A stretch of 49,459 nt of DNA from Aeromonadales bacterium (GCA_012519775.1 JAAYPN010000068.1:1-49459); one strand, 5' to 3'. Shown: positions 18,985 to 31,275, numbered from the stretch's first letter. The notes: generated by a model not told the origin, from the sequence alone. Translations and numbers: made by a program.

Positions 18985-19923
18985 TTAACTAAAGGCCTGA
19001 AGTGCGTTTTTAGTATCAAGGAAATCAATTACCTCAGATACCTTATCCTCAGTCTTATTGAATTCAATGATTTCGTAGTTTGCACTGTCAGATAATAAAG
19101 CTCTTAAAAGACGGTTGTTTAAATCATGACCTGTCTTATAGGCTTTGAAGTTACCTAAAATACTGTGGCTGTCCATGTATAAGTCACCGATTGCATCTAG
19201 TAACTTATGCTTTACGAACTCATCTTCGTAACGAAGACCTTCTGGATTGATTACTCTTCTGTCGTCTAGTACTACAGCGTTATCTAATGAGCCGCCTAAT
19301 GCAAGGTTATGAGCATGCATGAACTCAACATCTCTCATAAAACAGAAGGTTCTTGCACGTGACACATCATGAGCAAAAGCCTGACCTGTAAACTCCATTG
19401 CATAATGCTGCTTGTCCTTGTCCATAGCAGGATGGTCAAAGTCAATCTGCAGGTCTAAGTGGAAACCGTTCTCGCTAGGAGTAAGCTCTGCCCACTTACC
19501 TTCATTTTCAACACGTACTTTACGTACTACACGGATGAATTTCTTTGGTGCTGGTAATTCTTTAATGCCGGTAGATACAAACAGGTAGATAAATGGCTGT
19601 GCTGAACCATCCATAACAGGAATCTCAGGAGCATTTACATCTACATACATATTATCAATACCTAAAGCACTTAATGCTGCTGTCAAATGCTCAACTGTTG
19701 AAATTCTTACGCCAGCCTCATTTACAAGAGCTGTACACAGCTGAGTATCACGAACACATTGTGCTTCGCATTTCATGGTAACAGGAGGATTAAGATCGGT
19801 ACGAGTGTAGATAATACCGGTATTTGCAGGAGCAGGTCTGAAAGCTACTTCAACCTTAGCACCAGAGTGCAAACCAATACCAGTCATTGCTACAGTTTTT
19901 TGAATTGTACGTTGATTGATCAT
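18985..19923 (-). CDS. lpxC: UDP-3-O-acyl-GlcNAc deacetylase
   Basis: [34 protein letters not shown]. Confidence 0.97.
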   Translation of the reverse strand: MINQRTIQKTVAMTGIGLHSGAKVEVAFRPAPANTGIIYTRTDLNPPVTMKCEAQCVRDTQLCTALVNEAGVRISTVEHLTAALSALGIDNMYVDVNAPEIPVMDGSAQPFIYLFVSTGIKELPAPKKFIRVVRKVRVENEGKWAELTPSENGFHLDLQIDFDHPAMDKDKQHYAMEFTGQAFAHDVSRARTFCFMRDVEFMHAHNLALGGSLDNAVVLDDRRVINPEGLRYEDEFVKHKLLDAIGDLYMDSHSILGNFKAYKTGHDLNNRLLRALLSDSANYEIIEFNKTEDKVSEVIDFLDTKNALQAFS

Positions 19924-20126
19924 TTAATACCTCACACCAATTTTTTGCAATTATATACCAAATTTACGATCATAATCGCAATTTAAACATGTTACATGCA
20001 TTAATTTTACAAATGAAAGCTTATAGCTTTCCTTCGTATCTAATCCTATAGACTTAATGTAAGTCTAATTACTTAGTCAAAACTTATAATCAATCGGGGT
20101 TCTTTAATATTTCACTCTTATAAGAG

Positions 20127-20154
20127 TTATCGGCAAATTTGGTGTACACATTTA
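20127..20154 (-). promoter_or_regulatory. Sigma28-like promoter in the ftsZ-lpxC gap
   Basis: Perfect GCCGATAA (20127-20134) with TAAA (20151-20154) upstream; spacer is 16 nt, canonical is 15. Confidence 0.35.
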
Positions 20155-20178
20155 ATAAAGGCCACTAAAAAGTGGCCT
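20155..20178 (-). terminator. Terminator after ftsZ
   Basis: AGGCCACT / AGTGGCCT stem followed by TTATT. Confidence 0.7.
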
Positions 20179-20198
20179 CTACATTTTAAAAAATACTT

Positions 20199-21554
20199 TT
20201 ATTCAGACTTTGATCTTAGGATTGGAGGTAAATCCCATAGTCCATCTTTGTCCTCAGCAGGGCTCTGAGCAAATGAATCAACAGGAACCTCTGAAGGCTC
20301 ATGCTGTGCACCATATGCAGGCTCCTTAACTGGAGATAAAGAACCAAAACCATAGTTAGCTTCTTCATGCTGACGGAAATTGTCCTGTGGAGCAATTGAA
20401 GCTGTTGACTGAGTTGTAGTCTGTGCCTGTGAAGGAGCAGTGTAACCTGCTGAACGGGAAACTTCATTAAAGAAGCTGCTACCTTCCTGAGGACGGTTTA
20501 CAGAAGACTCTGTAAAATGCTGACTTGCTCTGTGCTTGGTTGCAAGATTGTTATCAGTAGCTGAAATACCAGTGATTAAGATTGTTACAGATACCTGATC
20601 CTCTGCAACAGTATCATCGAAGATCATACCGAACTTGCAATCTGCCTCTTCATCAGCGTATGACTGAATAGCATTACATACGTCTTCCCACTTGGTGATT
20701 GGGAAGTTAGGGTTAATTCGGATGTTAGCAAGTAAGCCTGCAGCTGACTTAATGTCAACCTGCTCGATAAGTGGTGAGTGAATAGCTCTATCCACAGCGT
20801 CCTGAACAAAGTTTGCGCCCTGACCAACACCAGTACCGATCATTGCATGACCACGGCCACGCATTACAGTAACGATATCTGCAAAGTCAAGGTTAATCCA
20901 GCCAGGACAAGTAATTGCATCAGTAATACCCTTAACAGCGTTTAATAAAACGTCGTTAGCAGCATTGAATGCATTTACAACAGAAATGTTTGCACCAAGG
21001 TTCTTTAATAACTTGTCGTTATCAATAACGATTAAAGAATCAACGTGCTTTGATAACTCGGTAATACCTGATTCGGCATTAACCATATGACGCTTACCCT
21101 CGAACTTGAATGGACGAGTTACAACAGCAACTGTTAGTGCGCCAGTCTCTTTAGCAATTTCAGCAATAATAGGAGCTGCACCAGTACCGGTACCACCGCC
21201 CATACCGGCAGTGATGAATACCATGTTAGAACCCTGAATTAGCTTCTTGATGTCGTCACGGCTTTCTTCTGCTGCTTTGCGGCCCTTGTTTGGATCGCAA
21301 CCTGCGCCAAGACCGTTAGTTAGCTTAACACCGATCTGTACTTTTACAGGTGATGTAGATTTCTTTAAAGCCTGTGAATCGGTATTAACTGCAATAAATT
21401 CAACGCCAGATAAACTCTCGTTAATCATATGCTGCAGTGAGTTACCACCGCCACCGCCGATACCTAGAATACGGATCACGCTCTGGCACTTATTATCGCC
21501 AGTAGTGCTAATTTCATCTGAACCAGGTGTTTCTTCTACACGAAAATCGCTCAT
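20199..21554 (-). CDS. ftsZ: Cell division protein FtsZ
   Basis: [17 protein letters not shown] tubulin signature, NLDFAD T7 loop. Confidence 0.97.
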   Translation of the reverse strand: MSDFRVEETPGSDEISTTGDNKCQSVIRILGIGGGGGNSLQHMINESLSGVEFIAVNTDSQALKKSTSPVKVQIGVKLTNGLGAGCDPNKGRKAAEESRDDIKKLIQGSNMVFITAGMGGGTGTGAAPIIAEIAKETGALTVAVVTRPFKFEGKRHMVNAESGITELSKHVDSLIVIDNDKLLKNLGANISVVNAFNAANDVLLNAVKGITDAITCPGWINLDFADIVTVMRGRGHAMIGTGVGQGANFVQDAVDRAIHSPLIEQVDIKSAAGLLANIRINPNFPITKWEDVCNAIQSYADEEADCKFGMIFDDTVAEDQVSVTILITGISATDNNLATKHRASQHFTESSVNRPQEGSSFFNEVSRSAGYTAPSQAQTTTQSTASIAPQDNFRQHEEANYGFGSLSPVKEPAYGAQHEPSEVPVDSFAQSPAEDKDGLWDLPPILRSKSE

Positions 21555-21634
21555 TTTTTTACTCTCTGATAAAATCTTTCAGTCAATAATACCAACTTTT
21601 TGTCTATATTATACAATATTAAGCAAAATTTTTG

Positions 21635-23014
21635 TTACAGCTCACGCTCTGCCCAATGCTTAAAAAAGTTGCGTACTTTCTTAAGCGGGTTATTACTATC
21701 ACCATCATCTGCATCATTCTTTGATAATTGATTCATCTCGTTGAATCTTGCTGCGCGTAATAAACCGACAGCAACAGCACTATCTGTATCTGAAACAGCT
21801 CTTCTGTCACCTGCATTTTCAAAGATACTCAAATCTCTTGGATGACCTATTCTTACCTTTGATGAAATGGTTAGGAATCTGCAGGTTGGATCTTCGGCAA
21901 GTCTTGAAATTCTCTCGGAAATAACCTGCTCAATATAAGGTAATTTTGCAGTACCGCCAGTTAAAACCACACCGGCTCCGATGTTAAGTTTATCAAGGCT
22001 AGCTCCGCATGCCTCTACAATCTTCTGCAGAATAATAGATAACATTGAATCAAGTGATTTTCTAATCTGAGAACACAATGCAATCTTTGTAATATATGTA
22101 TCAACAGGAGCGCTGCCATCTGACAGAGGTAAAACATCTTCGTATTCTTTTGGATCTAAACGACTAGGTTCGGCTATACCGTAGGTGCACTTTAATCTTT
22201 CTGCCTCTGCCATTGAAATTGAGAATGCCTTAGCGATGTTCTTTGTAAGATAAGAGCCGCCATCTGGAATACCAAATGATACAAGCTGTCTATTGCTTTC
22301 AAATACAGAAACGCAAACACTGCCATCACCGATATCAAGCTCAATTACACCAATGTCCTTTTCCTGTTCGGTTAATACAGCATAGGATGCTGCAACACCC
22401 TCATAGATTACATTGGTGGTATCAATCTCACTGTTGGTCATCTTGATGGCACTTTCAATGTTCTTCATGTACATGGAGTTGCAACCGATAATATGTACGT
22501 TTACGTCTAAACGCTTGGCAAACATATTAAGCGGATTCTGCACAAGATTAGATGACTCTGTCCAGTAGTTCTGAGGAATTAAATGGATTGTTGTATAGTT
22601 TTCATCTGTAGAGCTCTTTACACCGGCGCGTGCGCTGGTTACTGCATTTGCAATATCGTCTTCTGTGATCTGACCTGTCTGGATAGTTGCTGTACCATGG
22701 TGGTTTTCAGCAAGAATATAATAACCAGGAACACCTACAGCGATATCTGTAATAGATACTCTGAATGTATTCTGATAATTTAAAATCAGGCTTGCAATGC
22801 TCTTTGTAAGCATTTCCATTGAGGTAATGCTGCACTGAACAATACCGGCACTTTTAGACTCTAAAAAGCCTACAATCTTGATATGGCCGGGTTCATCTAC
22901 TCTACCTGCAATCAGTCTTAACTTTGAAGCGCCTATGTCTAAGGCATAAAGCAGCTTTTCGTCATCATTCATAGCTGGTAATGTACTGCTTTTTTTCTTT
23001 CTCATAATAGACAT
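21635..23014 (-). CDS. ftsA: Cell division protein FtsA (divergent)
   Basis: ALDIGASK, LDIGDGS, VLTGG, AVGLL, C-terminal amphipathic helix; between ftsQ and ftsZ. Confidence 0.9.
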   Translation of the reverse strand: MSIMRKKKSSTLPAMNDDEKLLYALDIGASKLRLIAGRVDEPGHIKIVGFLESKSAGIVQCSITSMEMLTKSIASLILNYQNTFRVSITDIAVGVPGYYILAENHHGTATIQTGQITEDDIANAVTSARAGVKSSTDENYTTIHLIPQNYWTESSNLVQNPLNMFAKRLDVNVHIIGCNSMYMKNIESAIKMTNSEIDTTNVIYEGVAASYAVLTEQEKDIGVIELDIGDGSVCVSVFESNRQLVSFGIPDGGSYLTKNIAKAFSISMAEAERLKCTYGIAEPSRLDPKEYEDVLPLSDGSAPVDTYITKIALCSQIRKSLDSMLSIILQKIVEACGASLDKLNIGAGVVLTGGTAKLPYIEQVISERISRLAEDPTCRFLTISSKVRIGHPRDLSIFENAGDRRAVSDTDSAVAVGLLRAARFNEMNQLSKNDADDGDSNNPLKKVRNFFKHWAEREL

Positions 23015-23025
23015 AAAAAAGGCTC

Positions 23026-23775
23026 CTATTTACTGGTACTCTGTGCTTGCTTCTTTCCCACAGCAAAGCCAACATCATACCTTAAATCCACATACGCCAC
23101 GTCATTTAAGCTTAAACCTAGGTGGCCAAATGACTGAATAAAGCGATTTAATCTTGTTAACGCTTTTTGCTGACCTCTGCCTAAAATCAGCAGAGTGCCA
23201 TTATCTAAAGTTATTGTGTAACAGCGTACATTATCTAAATATAAAGCTATCATCTGATATGGGCTGTTATTCATAGCGCGGATGAACAAAACTGCGCTAT
23301 CGTACACCTCTGTACACAAATTATCTCTAAAAGCACCTAATTTTACTAAAGGTTGATTGAACATTGTTAGATCTGGGTAGAAAATGCTCTTAGTTTTTGC
23401 ATCATACAGGCCATTATCATTCCAGTATGCTGCAGGAACGTGCTCAATTACAGATAACAGTAAAGTATCCGGCATCTTCTTTTTAATTGCAACTTGAGCT
23501 ACCCAAGGTTCCTGAAGCAGGGCCTGCTTAAGAACATTCAGATCAAGCGTAGCAATGTTCTGACCGGCGCATAAACGACCTGTAATATCGGCTATTCTCT
23601 TTTTGGTGAGCTGTTTGAACGCACCATCAATCTTAACTGCCCTTACAGGTAGCGCATCTTTCCGAGACATGGTGTAGTTAATGAACATATCTCCTTTAAC
23701 TACAATAAAGGTAAGTATCAATAAAAATATGATACCGCCGATAACGTATGCTCGGCTATGTTTACCCTTGGCCAT
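23026..23775 (-). CDS. ftsQ: Cell division protein FtsQ
   Basis: Single TM, POTRA (EPWVAQVAIKKKMPD), YVDLRYDVGFAV. Confidence 0.92.
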   Translation of the reverse strand: MAKGKHSRAYVIGGIIFLLILTFIVVKGDMFINYTMSRKDALPVRAVKIDGAFKQLTKKRIADITGRLCAGQNIATLDLNVLKQALLQEPWVAQVAIKKKMPDTLLLSVIEHVPAAYWNDNGLYDAKTKSIFYPDLTMFNQPLVKLGAFRDNLCTEVYDSAVLFIRAMNNSPYQMIALYLDNVRCYTITLDNGTLLILGRGQQKALTRLNRFIQSFGHLGLSLNDVAYVDLRYDVGFAVGKKQAQSTSK

Positions 23776-23789
23776 GAATCACCCGGTCT

Positions 23790-25229
23790 TTAATTTAGCT
23801 TTTCAAAGATTGAACTTAAGTTTCTTGCAACCTGAACTACGTTGCCGGCACCTTGTGTTAACACCAAAGCGCCATCGTCTACGATAGACTCTAAAATCTC
23901 TGGTACCTCATTTACTGTCTGAGCAAAATGAGGTTCTACCTTGCCTTTAAGCCTTATTGACATGCAAAGATGTCTACCGTCAGCGCCAATGATTGGCTCT
24001 TCACCTGCTGGGTATACATCAACTAAAATCAGCTTGTCCACAAGACCTAGTACTCTTACGAAATCCTCGTAGCAGTCTCTTGTTCTGGTATAGCGGTGAG
24101 GCTGGAATACCATTACAAGCTCCTTATCAGGATATGCCTGTCTTGCAGCCTTGATGGTTACCTCAACCTCAGTTGGGTGGTGACCATAATCATCTACAAG
24201 AGTAATGTTCTTACCAGTCTTGGTTTTAAAATCACCATAATTCTGGAAACGACGACCAACGCCCTTAAATCCCTTTAAGGCCTCAATAATTACATCGTCT
24301 GAAATACCTTCCTCTTTTGCTACAGCAAATGCAGCAGCTGCATTCTTAGCCATATGAAGGCCAGGAATTGGAAGCTCAATCTGAACAGGAGCGCAATCTT
24401 TACGTACCAGGGTGAATTCACACTTTGGACCATGCCCTTTAAAATCTGTTACTCTAAAGTCAGCTTCCTCACTTGTACCATAAGTAACAACGGCACGACC
24501 AATTTGAGGTATGATTTCCTTTACGTTTTCATCATCAACACAGACTACAGCTACACCATAGAAAGGAAGATTGTGTAAAAACTCCACAAAGGTCTTCTTT
24601 AAATTATTAAAGTCACCGCCATAGGTATCAAGATGGTCTGGCTCAATATTTGTTACAACAGTCATCATAGGCTGCAGATGCAGGAATGATGCATCAGACT
24701 CATCAGCCTCTGCAATCAGATATTTACCTGTGCCTAAACGAGCATTGGTACCAGCGCTGTTTAATAGACCACCGATAACAAAGGTAGGATCTAGTTTTGC
24801 CTGAGCATAGATAGATGCAATTAAACTTGTGGTGGTGGTTTTACCATGAGTACCAGATACTGCAATACCGTAACGGTATCTCATTAACTCACCTAGCATT
24901 TCAGCACGGCGAACTACAGGAATATGATGAGTACGGGCAGCGCTTACCTCAGGGTTACCCTCATGAATTGCTGAGGATACTAAAACTACGCTTGCGCCAT
25001 TTACGTTTTCTTCAGCGTGGCCAATAAATACTTTAATACCAAGAGATTCTAATCTCTGTGTAACTTTTGATGTGACAATGTCTGAACCTGATACTTCATA
25101 GCCTTCGTTTCTTAAAACTTCAGCAATACCGCACATACCGGCGCCACCAATACCAACAAAGTGGATGCGCTTAACCTTGTGCATTACAGGAACATTTAAA
25201 ATTAAATTCTCATTCATCATAGTCGTCAC
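23790..25229 (-). CDS. murC: UDP-N-acetylmuramate-L-alanine ligase
   Basis: [39 protein letters not shown]; true start may be ATG 25220. Confidence 0.97.
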   Translation of the reverse strand: MTTMMNENLILNVPVMHKVKRIHFVGIGGAGMCGIAEVLRNEGYEVSGSDIVTSKVTQRLESLGIKVFIGHAEENVNGASVVLVSSAIHEGNPEVSAARTHHIPVVRRAEMLGELMRYRYGIAVSGTHGKTTTTSLIASIYAQAKLDPTFVIGGLLNSAGTNARLGTGKYLIAEADESDASFLHLQPMMTVVTNIEPDHLDTYGGDFNNLKKTFVEFLHNLPFYGVAVVCVDDENVKEIIPQIGRAVVTYGTSEEADFRVTDFKGHGPKCEFTLVRKDCAPVQIELPIPGLHMAKNAAAAFAVAKEEGISDDVIIEALKGFKGVGRRFQNYGDFKTKTGKNITLVDDYGHHPTEVEVTIKAARQAYPDKELVMVFQPHRYTRTRDCYEDFVRVLGLVDKLILVDVYPAGEEPIIGADGRHLCMSIRLKGKVEPHFAQTVNEVPEILESIVDDGALVLTQGAGNVVQVARNLSSIFEKLN

Positions 25230-25240
25230 TATTTTTTTTA

Positions 25241-26314
25241 TTATTCTTTAACTAAAGATTCAATGATCTTAACAGCTTTTTCTGTAGCATCAACATGAGC
25301 GCATTCAAAAGCATGTAAAGACATGTTTTCTAACTTCTGTTTATTGTTTACCAAATCAGCCACTAACTTATATAAATCTTCAGCTTTCATAGCAGTCTGA
25401 GGGCATAAGATTGCAGCACCTTCATTTACTAACGACTGTGCATTCTTTGTCTGATGATCGTCAACTGCTGTAGGAAGAGGAACAAAAATGGCAGGAAGTC
25501 CTGCTGTGCATGTTTCTGCTACAGTCAGTGCACCGGCCCTACAGATAATTAAATCAGCATTTTTATATAAATTATCCATATCATCAATAAAATCTGTAAC
25601 TTTATATTCAAAATTTGCACCCTGATACAAAACTTCGACTTTTTCGTGATTGCCTTTACCACACTGATGAGTAACTTTAATCTCGTTATTCTTAAAGTTC
25701 ATCAGAGCCTGTGGCACAACATCATTTAAGGCGCGAGCTCCTAATGAGCCGCCTACGATGGCGATGTTCAATGGGCTATGGTTAAAATCTCTTTTCTGAT
25801 TATGAAGAGCAATAATACTCTCTCTTACAGGATTTCCTACAACTTCCACCTTACCGCCAGTAAAGGCACCTGGAAAACCTAACATAACCTTACTTGCAAT
25901 CCTTGATAAGAGTTTGTTTGTAAGACCTGCAGCTGCATTCTGCTCATGTAACACCAGAGGAATACCTAATAGTTTTGCAGCAACTCCGCCAGGTCCTGAG
26001 GCATAACCGCCCATACCTAAAACCACATCAGGATTAAATTCCTTGATGATCTTTCTAGCATCCATAATTGCCTTTACAATCTTGAATGGAGCCTTTAAAA
26101 GAGTCTTAATGCCGTTTCTTCTGACGCCTGAAACCTTAATGTATTTAATCTCAAAACCATACTTTGGAACAAGCATCTCTTCCATGCGACCGCGGGTTCC
26201 AAGCCATAGAATTTCAACACCAGATTTTTTTAATTCGTTTGCTATAGCTAATGCTGGAAAGACGTGACCACCAGTACCACCAGCCATTACTAATACTTTT
26301 TTACACTTTGTCAT
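25241..26314 (-). CDS. murG: Lipid II N-acetylglucosaminyltransferase MurG
   Basis: [38 protein letters not shown]. Confidence 0.97.
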   Translation of the reverse strand: MTKCKKVLVMAGGTGGHVFPALAIANELKKSGVEILWLGTRGRMEEMLVPKYGFEIKYIKVSGVRRNGIKTLLKAPFKIVKAIMDARKIIKEFNPDVVLGMGGYASGPGGVAAKLLGIPLVLHEQNAAAGLTNKLLSRIASKVMLGFPGAFTGGKVEVVGNPVRESIIALHNQKRDFNHSPLNIAIVGGSLGARALNDVVPQALMNFKNNEIKVTHQCGKGNHEKVEVLYQGANFEYKVTDFIDDMDNLYKNADLIICRAGALTVAETCTAGLPAIFVPLPTAVDDHQTKNAQSLVNEGAAILCPQTAMKAEDLYKLVADLVNNKQKLENMSLHAFECAHVDATEKAVKIIESLVKE

Positions 26315-27480
26315 TCACGCTTATCACTAATAATTTTATTTCTCCATTCGTAATCGATACGAAGAAGAATTGCAATTGCAGCACAGCTTACCATTAAAGA
26401 TGAACCGCCATAACTTACAAGAGGCAGAGTCAAACCTTTAGTTGGCAGAGCACCAGATGCAGCTCCAATGTTAATTGTGGTCTGCAGTAAGAACCAGAAA
26501 CCAATACCAAAAGAAACATATCCCTGATAAATAGCATCGTTCTTTAGAATTTTAATAGATAAAGCAAGAGCTTTATAAATAATAACGGCCTCAAGAAAAA
26601 TTATAACCATCATGCCGATAAAACCAAATTCCTCACCGATAATTGAGGTAATAAAGTCAGTGTGAGCCTCAGGTAAATAGCCTAATTTCTGATAAGAGTT
26701 CCCCATACCCTGACCAATCCAGCCACCACGTCCATAGGCCATTAAAGACTGAGTCAGCTGATAACTAGCCCCAAAAGCCTGACCCTGATCCCATGGATGC
26801 AAAAAGGATGTTACACGCTGAACTCTATACGGTGAAAAGAAAACAGCGCAAGTGGCTGCAATGAGCAGTACCACACCGCAGATAATGTATTTAAAGAAAC
26901 CTGCACCTGCCATCCATAAAAAGCCAAAGGTAATGATACCGACTACAAAGGTTGAACCAAAGTCAGGCTGGAATAACAGTAAAACTGCAAAGAAAAACAC
27001 CAGCACAAAAGGTTTTACGAAACCTTTTGTGGTTTTACTTACCTGTTCAATCTTTCTTGAAACGTAGCTTGAAAAATACAAAACCCAGAAGAGCTTTAAA
27101 AGCTCGGCTGGCTGTAAATTCATGAAACCTAAACTCAACCATCTTTTCGCGCCGTTGATACTTCGGCCTACAAAAAGCACCAGTATCAGCATAAAAAAAA
27201 TGATAAAGAGGATTTTTATTGAATGTTCTTTCCACACCTGTGTAGGAACCATGGCGCAGATAAAGCTCGTAAAAACGGCAATTACCAAAGTCATAAGGTG
27301 CTTTTTGGTCTGATATAAAGAATCGTCATACTTGACCATGGATTCCATGGTTGATGCAGAGCTGATAATCATGACACCAATGCATAGAAGAAGTAAGGTC
27401 ACGACAAGCAGTAATCTGTCAAAACCTACCTTTTGCTTTTCTATTGTCTCTGGTGCCTGATTCTTCATTACTTTATTCAC
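26311..27480 (-). CDS. ftsW: SEDS peptidoglycan polymerase FtsW
   Basis: GAKRW, QPAEL.K, QPDFG, LPEAHTDF, LPLVSYGGSS. Confidence 0.96.
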   Translation of the reverse strand: MNKVMKNQAPETIEKQKVGFDRLLLVVTLLLLCIGVMIISSASTMESMVKYDDSLYQTKKHLMTLVIAVFTSFICAMVPTQVWKEHSIKILFIIFFMLILVLFVGRSINGAKRWLSLGFMNLQPAELLKLFWVLYFSSYVSRKIEQVSKTTKGFVKPFVLVFFFAVLLLFQPDFGSTFVVGIITFGFLWMAGAGFFKYIICGVVLLIAATCAVFFSPYRVQRVTSFLHPWDQGQAFGASYQLTQSLMAYGRGGWIGQGMGNSYQKLGYLPEAHTDFITSIIGEEFGFIGMMVIIFLEAVIIYKALALSIKILKNDAIYQGYVSFGIGFWFLLQTTINIGAASGALPTKGLTLPLVSYGGSSLMVSCAAIAILLRIDYEWRNKIISDKRE

Positions 27481-28807
27481 CTAACTTTGATACAAGATCA
27501 ACAAACACCTGACCGCGGTGCTCGAAACCTTTGAACTGATCAAAAGAAGCACATGCAGGAGACAGCAATACAGCCTGACCTGTTGTTGCCATCTGATATG
27601 CCTTGTTAAGGCCTTCTTCCATGGTTTCAACATCAAAGCAGTATTTATCAGATAACTCAAGCAACTTCTGCTTATCCTTACCAAAACAGAATACTGCACA
27701 AACCTCTTTGCCCAAGTATTTCTTTAATGGGCTGAAGTCCTGCCCCTTGCCTAAACCGCCGGCAAGTAAAATGATTTTTTCTTTGTGAAGATCTTTAAGG
27801 CCGTCAATTGCAGCCTCGGCAGATGCTACATTAGTTGCCTTAGAATCGTTATAGTAACTTACATCTTTTAGCTTCTTTACAAGCTGACAGCGATGCTGTA
27901 AACCTACAAAGTGACGTAGTGCATAAATCTGACTTTCTCTGCTGATACCTACAGCATCGGCAAGAGCCATGCAGGCTAAAGCATTCAGATAGTTGTGCGC
28001 ACCGTAAATTCTAAGTTCACGAACATCAAGTACGCGCTCTTTGTTTACAGTCAGATAGGTAGTCTCAGAATCTTTTTCAAGACCGTATTCACTGTTATCA
28101 GAGCCAAAGCTTACAAAAGAGTCAAAGCCTTCTGCTGAATCAGGATAGGTTAGCTTATCCTCACGATTTACAACTGCATTCTTGCAGTGAGCATAAATTC
28201 TCTTTTTAGCATCAGCATACTCAAGCATAGAGCCATGATATCTGTCTAAATGATCTTCTGATACATTCAAGATGGTGCCTGCAGCAAGCTTTAGTGACTT
28301 GGTAGTCTCAAGCTCAAAGCTTGATAACTCAAGAACGTACAGCTGAACATCATCAGATAAAATATTAAATACAGGGATACCGATGTTAGCGCCAATGGCA
28401 ACTTTCATCTTGGCAACATCCGTCATAAAGCCCATAAGAGAGGTTACTGTAGATTTACCGTTTGAACCTGTAATACCGATAACAGGGGCTTTTGCTACAC
28501 GGGCAAAAAGCTCGATATCGCCTACAACCTCAACACCAGCCTTTATGATCTTGGTAATCTCTTCCTGATAAATACTGATACCAGGACTTATTACAACCAT
28601 GTCGTATTTTTCAAGCACAGCTGCATCAAGTGAGCCTAGACGTAAATCAACACCTACAGGAAGATCACCTGTATATGGAGGGTTTAATCTTGTATCAAAA
28701 ATTGTAAGCTGCTTTAAATCATGCTTTAAAAGGTAACTGATAACAGAGATGTTCGATACACCAAGGCCAATTACCGCAATCTTTTTTCCATTTAAACTAT
28801 CGTTCAT
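27473..28807 (-). CDS. murD: UDP-MurNAc-L-Ala-D-Glu ligase
   Basis: GSNGKSTVT, ELSSF.LE, DHLDRY, NDSKATN, LSPACASFD. Confidence 0.97.
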   Translation of the reverse strand: MNDSLNGKKIAVIGLGVSNISVISYLLKHDLKQLTIFDTRLNPPYTGDLPVGVDLRLGSLDAAVLEKYDMVVISPGISIYQEEITKIIKAGVEVVGDIELFARVAKAPVIGITGSNGKSTVTSLMGFMTDVAKMKVAIGANIGIPVFNILSDDVQLYVLELSSFELETTKSLKLAAGTILNVSEDHLDRYHGSMLEYADAKKRIYAHCKNAVVNREDKLTYPDSAEGFDSFVSFGSDNSEYGLEKDSETTYLTVNKERVLDVRELRIYGAHNYLNALACMALADAVGISRESQIYALRHFVGLQHRCQLVKKLKDVSYYNDSKATNVASAEAAIDGLKDLHKEKIILLAGGLGKGQDFSPLKKYLGKEVCAVFCFGKDKQKLLELSDKYCFDVETMEEGLNKAYQMATTGQAVLLSPACASFDQFKGFEHRGQVFVDLVSKLGE

Positions 28808-28817
28808 TTTTATAATC

Positions 28818-29900
28818 CTATCTTAGTTTTAAGGTAATTAAACCAAATAGAACCAGAACTAAAGTTATAATCCAGAAACGAGCCATAACTCTAGGCTCAG
28901 GCCAGCCGCCCTTTTCAAAATGGTGGTGGATTGGAGCCATTCTGAAGATACGACGTCCTCTCCACTTGTAGGAGCCAACCTGTAAAATCACACTCACAGT
29001 CTCTAATACAAAGATACCGCCCATGATAAATAATAAAATCTCTTCTCTTAGCAGGATGGCAATCACACCTAAAACTGCACCTAATGATAATGAGCCTACA
29101 TCACCCATGAATACCTGAGCTGGATATGTGTTAAACCACAGAAAACCTAAACCTGAACCTACAATTGCAGTACATGCAATTGTAATTTCAGTTGCATTTG
29201 GAACATATGGAATATAGAGGTAACTTGCAAAGTTTGCATTTGAGGTTGCCCAGGCTACGATACCTAAACCTGCAGCTACTGTAATTGTAGTGATAATTGC
29301 AAGACCATCAAGACCGTCAGTCAGGTTAACAGCATTTGATGAACCTGTTAACACAAAATATGCAAGTGGAATTAAAAGGTAACCAATATCAGGCATGAAG
29401 TCTTTAAAGAATGGAACTACAAAGGTTGTCTCTGCAACAGACTTTGCATTGCCGTAGATGCAGCAGGCAAGTGTAATTGCGCATGCTGACTGCCAGAAGT
29501 ACTTATACTTTGCTCTCAATCCCTGTGGGTTGTGACGCACTACTTTTAGAAAATCATCAGCAAAACCGATTGCAGCGTATGCAAGTAAAGTTGCAAGTGT
29601 ATACCATACATATGGGTTATCTAGCTTGCACCATAAAAGCATTGATACTGCTATTGAAAAAACAATCAGTACACCGCCCATAGTTGGAGTACCTGTTTTC
29701 TTTAAATGAGTCTGAGGGCCATCATCACGAACAACCTGGCCAAAATGAAGAAGCTGCAGTCTTTTAATTACGTATGGGCCTAAGAATAACGATATAACCA
29801 AAGCTGTAAACATAGACATTACAGCACGGAAAGTAAGGTACTCAAACACTCTAAGTGATGGTATATATTGACTCAAATAGTCTGACAATAAGGTAATCAT
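28818..29900 (-). CDS. mraY: Phospho-MurNAc-pentapeptide transferase
   Basis: [33 protein letters not shown]. Confidence 0.98.
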   Translation of the reverse strand: MITLLSDYLSQYIPSLRVFEYLTFRAVMSMFTALVISLFLGPYVIKRLQLLHFGQVVRDDGPQTHLKKTGTPTMGGVLIVFSIAVSMLLWCKLDNPYVWYTLATLLAYAAIGFADDFLKVVRHNPQGLRAKYKYFWQSACAITLACCIYGNAKSVAETTFVVPFFKDFMPDIGYLLIPLAYFVLTGSSNAVNLTDGLDGLAIITTITVAAGLGIVAWATSNANFASYLYIPYVPNATEITIACTAIVGSGLGFLWFNTYPAQVFMGDVGSLSLGAVLGVIAILLREEILLFIMGGIFVLETVSVILQVGSYKWRGRRIFRMAPIHHHFEKGGWPEPRVMARFWIITLVLVLFGLITLKLR

Positions 29901-29901
29901 G

Positions 29902-31275
29902 CTACTCTCCTGCGCTGATTAGTTCTTTACTTATATTATCCATGTGCATTGAATGAGATCCTTTAACTAAGAAACTTGTAAAGGAATGCTTTTGTATTAG
30001 TTCGCGTGCACATTGTACGAGATCAGATTGACAATTAAAATGCTTTGCTTTGTTTCCGGCTGATTTACAGGTGTATTTAGTTAATTCACCTACACATAAA
30101 ATCTCATCAACCTTACCTTTTGCGAGCTCACCTACTTTTTCGTGAAGCTCAATTGCAGCATCACCTAACTCACCCATATCGCCAAAAATCATTACCTTAT
30201 AGCCTTCATATAAGGATAAAGTTTCAATTGCAGCGATTACAGCGTTGTAACTTGCATTATAAGCATCGTCAATCAGGCACATATTCTTGAAATTGTGTAC
30301 ATATAATCTACCTTTCATTGAAGATGCGTTTTTAAGTCCCTGCTCAAGAGTATCAACCTTAGCTCCTGTAATTAAAGCTAAAGCACAGGCTGCTGCTGCA
30401 TTTGATGCATTATGAGCACCAATTACATTCATCTTGATATCAAAGGATTTACCCTGAGTGCAGATTGTAAATGACACGCCATCTTTAGCATCTTTTACAT
30501 TGCGATACTGAACAAAGTCTGTAGCATTTGGACCAAAGGTAAAGAGCTTACCCTGATTGAATGCTGACTTAAAATCACTTTGCCAGCGTGTTATGTACTT
30601 ACTCTCGGATGGAACAACACCTATACCGCCAGTTGAAAGTACATTCTCTAAAATCTCGGTCTTACCCTTGTATACGCCATCATATGAACCAAAGCCTTCA
30701 ATGTGTGCACCACCTACATTGTTGATTAAAGCAGTGTCTGCTTTTACAAATTCGCAGGTATGTGAAATATCAAAAAGGTGACTTGCGCCCTGTTCAATAA
30801 CAGCGTAATCAAGTGTGTTATCAAGACGTAATAAGGTAAGTGGCACACCAATATCGTTATTGAAGTTGCCGTTTGTACACATGCTGTTACCGTTTAAAGA
30901 TAAAATTGAATGCGTAAATTCCTTAACTGTGGTTTTACCGCAGGACCCGGTTAAGCTTGCAATCTTTGCCTTGCACTGACGACGTACAAGATAACCGCAG
31001 TAACCTAAAGCCTTCTGTGTGTCATCGCATAGAACTACAGGAACTTTTGATGTGATTTTGTCATCTAAAACCTTTGATGACACCACTGCATCAGCACCAC
31101 CTGCAATTGCTTTTTCAATGTAATCGTGACCATCAAATTTCTCGCCTTTTAAAGCGACAAATACAGCACCTTTACAATCTCGTGAGTCTGTACTTACTTT
31201 ATTTACTGCTAAATCGCCACCTGTTAATTTGTAATTACCGTATACAGCAAGCTCACTTAATTTAAAACTAATCAC
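29902..31275 (-). CDS. murF: UDP-MurNAc-tripeptide-D-Ala-D-Ala ligase
   Basis: [37 protein letters not shown]. Confidence 0.96.
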   Translation of the reverse strand: MISFKLSELAVYGNYKLTGGDLAVNKVSTDSRDCKGAVFVALKGEKFDGHDYIEKAIAGGADAVVSSKVLDDKITSKVPVVLCDDTQKALGYCGYLVRRQCKAKIASLTGSCGKTTVKEFTHSILSLNGNSMCTNGNFNNDIGVPLTLLRLDNTLDYAVIEQGASHLFDISHTCEFVKADTALINNVGGAHIEGFGSYDGVYKGKTEILENVLSTGGIGVVPSESKYITRWQSDFKSAFNQGKLFTFGPNATDFVQYRNVKDAKDGVSFTICTQGKSFDIKMNVIGAHNASNAAAACALALITGAKVDTLEQGLKNASSMKGRLYVHNFKNMCLIDDAYNASYNAVIAAIETLSLYEGYKVMIFGDMGELGDAAIELHEKVGELAKGKVDEILCVGELTKYTCKSAGNKAKHFNCQSDLVQCARELIQKHSFTSFLVKGSHSMHMDNISKELISAGE

